A DNA stretch of 64,000 nt, from the NCBI GenBank assembly GCA_946541575.1, contig CAMNJQ010000051.1, positions 12,985 to 76,984 of the forward strand, given 5' to 3'. The translations under genes were made by a program, and so were the position numbers. The stretch comes from an uncultured Clostridium sp. (GTDB taxonomy: Bacteria > Bacillota_I > Bacilli_A > RF39 > UBA660). This document shows, one piece after another, positions 57,468-64,000 of the stretch. Numbering within the stretch: the first letter of the stretch is position 1; every line of letters starts with the position of its first letter. Under the pieces are notes generated by a model. It saw nothing but the letters and a program-made list of their open reading frames with translations, was not told the origin of the DNA and did not search any database.

Positions 57468-60002
57468 ATGAAAGAATTGGATACTAAATACAATCATTTA
57501 GAAGTAGAAAAAGACAAATATGAAAAATGGTTAAATAAAGGATATTTTAAATGTGATGAAAAAAGTAATAAAAAACCATTTTGTATAGTTTTACCACCAC
57601 CTAATGTTACTGGTGTATTACATCTTGGACATGCATGGGATGTTGCACTTCAAGATATAATAATTAGATATAAAAAAATGGAAGGCTATGATACTTTATG
57701 GCTTCCCGGAATGGATCATGCTGCAATTGCTACTGAAGCAAAAGTAGTTAAAAGATTAAAAGATAAAGGAATTAATAAATATGAATATGGAAGAGAAAAG
57801 TTCCTTGAAGCATGTTGGGATTGGACAAATGAACATGGAAGTATTATTAGAGAACAATGGGCTAAATTAGGAGTATCGCTTGATTATTCAAAGGAAAGAT
57901 TTACTCTTGATGAAGGACTATCTCAAGCAGTAAAGAAGGTATTTGTAGATTATTATAATAAAGGACTTATTTATAGAGGAGAAAAAATCATAAACTGGGA
58001 TCCAGCTGCCCAAACTGCTTTATCTAATGAAGAAGTTATTTATAGCGAAGAAAAGAGTGCATTTTATCATTTAAAATATAAATTAGAAGATAGTGATGAA
58101 TATATAGATGTTGCAACAACACGTCCTGAAACTTTATTTGGTGATACAGCAGTTGCAGTTAATGAAAAAGATAAAAGATATAAAAAATTTGTAGGAAAAA
58201 ATGTAATTCTTCCAATAGTAGGTAAAAAAATACCAATTATTACTGATGAACATGCAGATATGACTAAAGGAACTGGTGCCGTAAAAATAACTCCAGCTCA
58301 TGACCCTAATGACTTTGAAGTAGGAAATAGACACAACCTTGAAAGAGTAGTATGTATTAATGATGATGCAACTATGAATGAAAATGCGGGAAAATATTGT
58401 GGTATGACACGTGAAAAATGTCGTGAAGAGTTACTTAAAGACTTAGAAAAAGAAGGTTTATTATTACAAGTAGAACCATTAGTTCATGAAGTAGGACACA
58501 GCGAAAGAACTGGAGTAATGGTAGAACCAATGATTAAAAAACAATGGTTCGTAAAAATGAGACCACTAGCAGATAGAGTTTTAGAAAATCAAAAAATAAA
58601 AGATAAAAAGGTAAATTTTGTACCATCAAGATATGAAAAAATAATGAATCACTGGATGGAAATAACTTATGACTGGTGTATATCACGTCAATTATGGTGG
58701 GGACATAGAATACCTGCATGGTATAAAGAAGATAAAATATATGTTGGACTCGAACCACCAAAAGAAGAAGGATGGGTACAAGATGAAGATGTATTAGATA
58801 CATGGTTTTCAAGTGCTTTATGGCCTTTTGCAACATTAGGGTGGCCAAATGATACAGAATTACTAAAAAGATACTATCCAAATAATGTATTAGCAACAGG
58901 ATATGATATTATTCCTTTTTGGGTTAATAGAATGACTTTTCAAGGAGAAGAAATTTTAGGAGAAAGACCATTTGAAGATTGTTTAATACATGGATTAATT
59001 AGAGATAAACAGGGAAGAAAATTTTCTAAATCTCTTGGAAATGGAATAGATCCATTTGATATGGTACAATTGTATGGAGCTGATGCTTTAAGATACTATC
59101 TTGCAACAGATGTAGCACCAGGAACTGATATGAGATTTGATGAAGAAAAAATAAAGGCTACTTGGAATTATATAAATAAGATATGGAATGCTTCAAGATT
59201 TGTACTAACAAATATAGATGATTTAAAAGAAATTAGTTTAATTAATCTTAAACCAGAAGATAAATGGATTCTTACTAAATTTGAAAAAACATTACATACT
59301 GTAAAAAAATATATGGATAAATATGAATTTAATAATGCAGGTGCAGCAATATATGAATTCACATGGAATTATTTTTGCGATTACTATATAGAAATGGCAA
59401 AATATTCAATTGATACAAACTCAACAAAATCAACATTATGTTACGTTTTAACAGGTATTTTAAAGATGCTACAACCGTTTATGCCATACGTAACTGATGA
59501 AATTTATAATATGCTTCCAGTAAAAGATAGCGAAGATATAATGATTTCTGAATATCCAAAATATACAAAAAAATATATATTTGAAATAGAAGAAAAAGCA
59601 GTGGATGATTCAGTTGAATTTATTAAAGCATTTAGAAATATGAAAGCAGAAAATAACATTACTAAAGATATGAAAGTTATGTTTGATACAGATGATGATA
59701 ATGATTTAATCGTAAAAATGTTAAAGATTAAAGAAAATATAGTAAAGAAACCATTAGGAATAAAATCATATAAAGTATTTTCTGCCAGAACAAAAGCAAC
59801 AATTTTCTTTGAAAAAATAGAAACAGAATCAGAAAAATTATTAAAAGAAACACAAATAAAAGCTTTGGAGTTATCTATTGCTAGAAGAGAAAAACTATTA
59901 TCTAATGAAAATTATGTAAACAAAGCACCTAAAAATATAGTTGAATTAGATAGACAAAAGCTAGAAGAAGAAAAGAAAAAATTAGAAGAATTAAGAAAAT
60001 AG
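57468..60002 (+). CDS. valS: Valine--tRNA ligase
   Basis: The HIGH region is PPPNVTGVLHLGHA and the KMSKS region is KFSKSLGN. ValRS-type editing domain blocks are present (TTRPETLFGDTAVAV, KITPAHDPNDFEVG). The C-terminus is a coiled coil. Confidence 0.95.
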   Translation: MKELDTKYNHLEVEKDKYEKWLNKGYFKCDEKSNKKPFCIVLPPPNVTGVLHLGHAWDVALQDIIIRYKKMEGYDTLWLPGMDHAAIATEAKVVKRLKDKGINKYEYGREKFLEACWDWTNEHGSIIREQWAKLGVSLDYSKERFTLDEGLSQAVKKVFVDYYNKGLIYRGEKIINWDPAAQTALSNEEVIYSEEKSAFYHLKYKLEDSDEYIDVATTRPETLFGDTAVAVNEKDKRYKKFVGKNVILPIVGKKIPIITDEHADMTKGTGAVKITPAHDPNDFEVGNRHNLERVVCINDDATMNENAGKYCGMTREKCREELLKDLEKEGLLLQVEPLVHEVGHSERTGVMVEPMIKKQWFVKMRPLADRVLENQKIKDKKVNFVPSRYEKIMNHWMEITYDWCISRQLWWGHRIPAWYKEDKIYVGLEPPKEEGWVQDEDVLDTWFSSALWPFATLGWPNDTELLKRYYPNNVLATGYDIIPFWVNRMTFQGEEILGERPFEDCLIHGLIRDKQGRKFSKSLGNGIDPFDMVQLYGADALRYYLATDVAPGTDMRFDEEKIKATWNYINKIWNASRFVLTNIDDLKEISLINLKPEDKWILTKFEKTLHTVKKYMDKYEFNNAGAAIYEFTWNYFCDYYIEMAKYSIDTNSTKSTLCYVLTGILKMLQPFMPYVTDEIYNMLPVKDSEDIMISEYPKYTKKYIFEIEEKAVDDSVEFIKAFRNMKAENNITKDMKVMFDTDDDNDLIVKMLKIKENIVKKPLGIKSYKVFSARTKATIFFEKIETESEKLLKETQIKALELSIARREKLLSNENYVNKAPKNIVELDRQKLEEEKKKLEELRK

Positions 60003-60076
60003 TAATTTGTTATGATTAGATGATATAACAAAATATAGCTAATGTAATTAAATTTAATAGAAAATAGAGGTATAAA

Positions 60077-60478
60077 ATGAAAAGAAAAATTATAAGTTTA
60101 ATTGGAATAGGATGTGGAGCATTATTATTAACTGGATGCGGAGATAATAATTCACACATATTATCATGTACGCAAAAGACAGATGGACAAGAAACAACAA
60201 TAACAATTAACTACAATGAAGATGAAACAAAGGCAAAATCAATTAAAGTGGAGACAATAGTAGATGTTGCAGAAGAGTCTGATGAAATAATAGAACTAAT
60301 AAAAAAAGAACTAGAAAGTAGATGCGATAAGTATGAAGCTAAAAGCTGTAAAGTAACTATAGACGATAAAAAGTTATTAATGGCAATTGAAGAAGCCCCT
60401 GAAAATTCTGATTATGGTTCCCAATCTCTTAAAGATGTGAAAAAAAGCATAACATCATCAGGGTATGAATGTAAATAA
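60077..60478 (+). CDS. Small lipoprotein (paralog of 61490-61915)
   Basis: Has a lipobox (LLTGC), LSC shortly after the lipobox, and a C-terminus ending GYECK. Confidence 0.6.
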   Translation: MKRKIISLIGIGCGALLLTGCGDNNSHILSCTQKTDGQETTITINYNEDETKAKSIKVETIVDVAEESDEIIELIKKELESRCDKYEAKSCKVTIDDKKLLMAIEEAPENSDYGSQSLKDVKKSITSSGYECK

Positions 60479-60489
60479 AAGGAGGATAT

Positions 60490-61095
60490 ATGAAAAAAAA
60501 GAGAACAATATTTTTCTTAATATGTTGTATTATGGTAATTTCATTAGTAGGTTGTGGTAACACAAATGAAAAAGAAGAGGTAAAAGATAAATTTTCAAAT
60601 GTTGAAAAAGTAAACATCGAAATAGAAAATTATGGAACTATTAGTTTGGATTTGTATCCAGATATTGCACCAATAACAGTTGAAAATTTCCTTACATTAG
60701 TAAAAAGTAAATTTTATGACGGACTTACTTTTCATAGAATAATAGATGGATTTATGATTCAAGGAGGAGATCCTCTAGGTACAGGACATGGTGGAAGTGA
60801 AAAGAGAATTAAAGGTGAATTTAGTGCTAATGGAGTTAATAATATTTTAAAGCACCAACGTGGAATTATTTCTATGGCAAGAAGTCCATATGACTTCAAC
60901 TCAGCTAGTAGTCAATTCTTTATTGTCCAAACTACATATCCATCATTAGATGGACAATATGCAGCATTTGGAAAAGTAACAAATGGAATGGATATTGTTG
61001 ACAAAATATGTAAAGAGACAAAAGTCGAAGATAATAATGGAACAGTATTAAAAGAAAATCAACCTAAGATTACTAGAATTTATGTAGTAGAATAG
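60490..61095 (+). CDS. Cyclophilin-type peptidyl-prolyl isomerase, lipoprotein
   Basis: Has a lipobox (LVGCG) and the cyclophilin core FHRIIDGFMIQGGDPLGTGHGGS with SQFFIV. Confidence 0.88.
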   Translation: MKKKRTIFFLICCIMVISLVGCGNTNEKEEVKDKFSNVEKVNIEIENYGTISLDLYPDIAPITVENFLTLVKSKFYDGLTFHRIIDGFMIQGGDPLGTGHGGSEKRIKGEFSANGVNNILKHQRGIISMARSPYDFNSASSQFFIVQTTYPSLDGQYAAFGKVTNGMDIVDKICKETKVEDNNGTVLKENQPKITRIYVVE

Positions 61096-61104
61096 AAGGC
61101 TTAG

Positions 61105-61464
61105 ATGATTTTAATTGAGTATCCCAAGTGTTCTACTTGTAAAAGAGCTAAGAAATTTTTAGATGATAATAGTATAAAATACATTGAAAGAAATATTAAA
61201 GATGAAAATCCAACAAAAGATGAATTAAAAGATTTTATTTTTAGAAGTGGAAAAGAAATAAATAAGTTGTTTAATACAAGTGGAGTTTCATATAGAGAAA
61301 ATAATTTAAAAGAAAAAATAAAATTAATGACTAATGAAGAAAAAATAGAGTTATTATCTACAGATGGTATGCTAGTAAAAAGGCCAATTTTAATTACAAA
61401 TGAAAAAGTATTTATTGGATTTAATGAAAAAGAATGGAATATAATAAAATTAGATACAAAATAA
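61105..61464 (+). CDS. ArsC/Spx/MgsR-family (YffB-like) thioredoxin-fold protein
   Basis: The N-terminus is CSTCKRAKKFLDDNSIKYIERNI. LFNTSGVSYRE and LVKRPILI are also present. The length is 119 aa. Confidence 0.7.
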   Translation: MILIEYPKCSTCKRAKKFLDDNSIKYIERNIKDENPTKDELKDFIFRSGKEINKLFNTSGVSYRENNLKEKIKLMTNEEKIELLSTDGMLVKRPILITNEKVFIGFNEKEWNIIKLDTK

Positions 61465-61489
61465 AGTATCAAAATTGAAAGAGGAAAAT

Positions 61490-61915
61490 ATGAAAAAGAA
61501 ATATTTAGTATTAGTAGTGGGAATAGTACCATTATTAACAGCATGTGGATCATCTAACACATTAAGTTGTGTAAGAAACTCAGATGGTGCTTTAATGGAA
61601 AGAATTGTCGAATTTGATAGTAAAGGTGAAAAAGTTACAGATGCATTAGTTAACTATTCGATTGATCTTTCTGGCGAAGATTTAGATGAATATGGCTGCG
61701 AAAGTATGGAAGAATGTCTAGACGAATTTGCAAAAGAATTAGATGACTGCAAAGAAGATAAAAATTATTATGATTGCAAAATTGCAAAAAGAACAAAAAA
61801 CAGCATGACAATTCAAGCAAAAGTAGTTCAAGAAGTGCTTGAAAATGAATTTAAAAATAAAAACTATGATGAAGTAAAAGAAATGTTAGAAGAGGAAGGC
61901 CTAGAATGTAAATAA
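61490..61915 (+). CDS. Small lipoprotein (paralog of 60077-60478)
   Basis: An ATG at 61490 follows AGAGGA. It has a lipobox (LLTACG), LSC after the lipobox, and a C-terminus ending GLECK. Confidence 0.6.
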   Translation: MKKKYLVLVVGIVPLLTACGSSNTLSCVRNSDGALMERIVEFDSKGEKVTDALVNYSIDLSGEDLDEYGCESMEECLDEFAKELDDCKEDKNYYDCKIAKRTKNSMTIQAKVVQEVLENEFKNKNYDEVKEMLEEEGLECK

Positions 61916-61980
61916 GAGGCAATCTTCTTTTTTATTTGCTTTATCATAAATAAAATTATATAATTTTTTTAGGTGATATT

Positions 61981-62922
61981 ATGAATAGATTAAAAGTTGT
62001 TTTTATGGGAACACCAGATTTTAGTGTACCTGTTTTAAAAGGTTTAATTGATAATTATAATGTAGTAGGAGTTGTTACTCAACCAGATAAAGAAGTTGGA
62101 AGACACAAAGAGTTATCATTTTCTCCAATTAAGAAATTAGCATTAGAACATAATATTAAAGTTGTACAGCCAGAAAAAGTTAGAATTGAATTCAATGATA
62201 TATTAAAACTTGAACCAGATATTATTATAACTTGTGCTTATGGACAAATAATACCAGTAGAAATTCTAGATTATCCTAAATTTGGATGCATAAATGTACA
62301 TGCATCTCTACTACCAAAATATAGAGGTGGTGCTCCTATTCATCATGCAATAATAAATGGTGAAAAAGAAACTGGAATTACTATTATGTATATGGCGCCA
62401 GGGATGGACGATGGAGATATTATTTCACAAGAAAAAGTTGAAATAAAAGAAAATGAAACATTAGGTGAATTACATGATGTTTTAAGTAATTTAGGTGCAA
62501 AGCTCCTTTTAGAAACATTACCAAGCATAATAAATGGCACAAATAAAAGAATTAAACAAGATGAATCTAAGGTAACTTTTGCTAAAATAATAAAAAAAGA
62601 AGATGAAATAATTGACTTTAATGACAAAGCACTAAATGTTCACAATAAAATAAGAGGATTAAGTCCTTTTCCTGGAGCTTATGGAGTATTAAATAATAAA
62701 AGAATAAAAATATATAAAACAAAAGTAATTAAAGATAGTTCTAATACAGAGCCTGGGACAATTATTAAAGTTGAAAAAGATGGAATATATGTCAAAACAA
62801 AAGATAATGCAATAGTAATTGAAGAACTAAAAATAGAAGGAAAAAAATTAATGAGTGTTAAAGAGTTCTTGAACGGAGTAAAGAAAGAAGAATTACTAAA
62901 TCAAAAATTTGGAAAAGAGTAA
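61981..62922 (+). CDS. fmt: Methionyl-tRNA formyltransferase
   Basis: Has VVFMGTPDFSVPVL, NVHASLLPKYRGGAPIHHAI and a C-terminal OB-like domain. The length is 313 aa. Confidence 0.92.
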   Translation: MNRLKVVFMGTPDFSVPVLKGLIDNYNVVGVVTQPDKEVGRHKELSFSPIKKLALEHNIKVVQPEKVRIEFNDILKLEPDIIITCAYGQIIPVEILDYPKFGCINVHASLLPKYRGGAPIHHAIINGEKETGITIMYMAPGMDDGDIISQEKVEIKENETLGELHDVLSNLGAKLLLETLPSIINGTNKRIKQDESKVTFAKIIKKEDEIIDFNDKALNVHNKIRGLSPFPGAYGVLNNKRIKIYKTKVIKDSSNTEPGTIIKVEKDGIYVKTKDNAIVIEELKIEGKKLMSVKEFLNGVKKEELLNQKFGKE

Positions 62923-62928
62923 AAAAAT

Positions 62929-63711
62929 ATGGATTATAATGAATATAATAGTAATGGTAATAAAAAGAAAATAAATATTTCTGGAATACTGGGTGATAGA
63001 CAAAAAAGAGCATGGTTGATTCTTAGTATTTATTTATTATTCATTTTTATCTTGATTGCAATGGTTAGAAGTTCTTATTCAAACAGTAATGTAGAATCAA
63101 ATAAAGATAGTGTATCAAATAATAAAGAATTAAAAGATCAAAAAAGCGAAGTAAATAATGAAATATTAAAAGAAGAAAAAGATGAATTAGATAATTTATT
63201 CTCTTTTATAGACCAAAATAACTATAATTTTGATTTTGTATTAAATTATAACAATGATGAATATATTACGAAAGGGAAAAGATATAACAATAAATTTGAA
63301 TTTTCTTATTCAAACAAAGAACAAAGCATTAGCTTTATAGGAACAGAAACAAATTTAAAAATGAAGAAGGATGATAGCTATATTAATATAGTATTTCCTT
63401 ATACGTACTTTAATTATTTTGATAATAACTTAATTAAGAAAATAATAAGAGATTCATCTTACAATGAAATAAATAAAACATATGAAATCACTTCAAGTAA
63501 ATTAAATAATTTGTTGAATTTAAGTAAAGAAGAAAATGATTTAAGTATTAATACTATTGAATTAGAAACAAAAAATAATAGAGTAGTTGGCATAAAAATA
63601 GACTTTTCTAATGCATTAAAACAAATTGATTCAACTGAAAATACAGCTAAAATAAGTCTAAATTATTCAAATTTTGGCTTAATTGATGATTTTAATGCTT
63701 CTTTTGAATAA
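62929..63711 (+). CDS. N-terminally anchored extracytoplasmic protein, unknown function
   Basis: One TM helix (AWLILSIYLLFIFILIAMV) is present. It starts 6 nt after fmt. Confidence 0.5.
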   Translation: MDYNEYNSNGNKKKINISGILGDRQKRAWLILSIYLLFIFILIAMVRSSYSNSNVESNKDSVSNNKELKDQKSEVNNEILKEEKDELDNLFSFIDQNNYNFDFVLNYNNDEYITKGKRYNNKFEFSYSNKEQSISFIGTETNLKMKKDDSYINIVFPYTYFNYFDNNLIKKIIRDSSYNEINKTYEITSSKLNNLLNLSKEENDLSINTIELETKNNRVVGIKIDFSNALKQIDSTENTAKISLNYSNFGLIDDFNASFE

Positions 63712-63727
63712 AAAAATAAAAAAAAAC

Positions 63728-63756
63728 TTGCAAAAATTTAGACAATAGTATATACT
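63728..63756 (+). promoter_or_regulatory. Sigma-A-type promoter for the tRNA cluster
   Basis: TTGCAA-N17-TATACT lies about 35 nt before tRNA-Ile. Confidence 0.5.
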
Positions 63757-63791
63757 TTAGAAGTACGGCTGATTTGAAAGCTGAATGATGT

Positions 63792-63868
<77 letters not shown>

Positions 63869-63875
63869 GTTTTTT

Positions 63876-63952
63876 GCCTCAATAGCTCAGTCGGTTAGAG
63901 CACTTGACTGTTAATCAAGGGGTCCTAGGTTCAAGTCCTAGTTGGGGCGCCA
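63876..63952 (+). tRNA. tRNA-Asn (GTT)
   Basis: The acceptor pairs GCCTCAA with TTGGGGC and the anticodon loop is CTGTTAA. The T-arm is CTAGG-TTCAAGT-CCTAG. CCA is encoded. Confidence 0.88.
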
Positions 63953-63959
63953 TTTTTTT

Positions 63960-64000
63960 GGCCAGTTGGTGAAGTGGCTTAACACACCGCCCTTTCACGG
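63960..64000 (+). tRNA. tRNA-Glu (TTC), 3' part cut by window end
   Basis: GGCCAGTTGGTGAAGTGGCTTAACACACCGCCCTTTCACGG matches the 5' half of Firmicute tRNA-Glu. The anticodon loop is CTTTCAC. Confidence 0.7.

Noticed and set aside
60007-60032. Inverted repeat TTGTTAT...ATAACAA after valS as a terminator.
   Set aside because: The stem is short and AT-only, the loop is long, and no T-run follows.

Overview
Very AT-rich, low-GC Bacillota-type chromosome segment. Both PolC and DnaE are present, Shine-Dalgarno sites are strong, TGA is a stop codon, and about 50 of 53 genes lie on the + strand. I cannot assign a genus. Most of the window is core housekeeping: ftsA-ftsZ, ftsK, deoD, an M16 peptidase pair, sepF, a DivIVA-domain gene, rpmB, dnaE, polC, dnaG-rpoD-trmK, a Val T-box leader with valS, fmt, holA, a heterodimeric ABC exporter, and tRNA-Cys, -Ile, -Asn and -Glu (the last partial).

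Several accessory or unusual elements are embedded in it:
1. An apparent operon from 3.2 to 12.4 kb encodes a membrane-anchored SpoIID-like plus NlpC/P60 wall hydrolase, a lipoprotein, a VirD4/TraG-type coupling ATPase and a secreted SNase-type nuclease. It sits directly upstream of holA, the position held by comEC in model Firmicutes. The window has no relaxase, VirB4 or integrase.
2. A double-glycine bacteriocin locus at 19.9-22.9 kb has a C39-peptidase ABC exporter, a mini accessory protein and three small ORFs missing from the ORF track. Two of these are GG-leader peptides, one of which has no canonical start codon.
3. An orphan HerA/DUF87-like ATPase is inserted in the ylm/sepF division cluster.
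4. dnaE and an oversized polC (1658 aa, three insertions) are separated only by one unknown ORF.
5. A 710-aa sigma-70 paralog carries extra tandem region-4-like HTH modules, immediately upstream of dnaG-rpoD.
6. Two giant type IV pilin-like proteins, one fused to about 10 DUF285/BspA-type repeats, bracket a SpoVID/YsxE-like pair. No pilus assembly genes are in the window.

All functional calls rest on motif recognition by eye. No database search was run.
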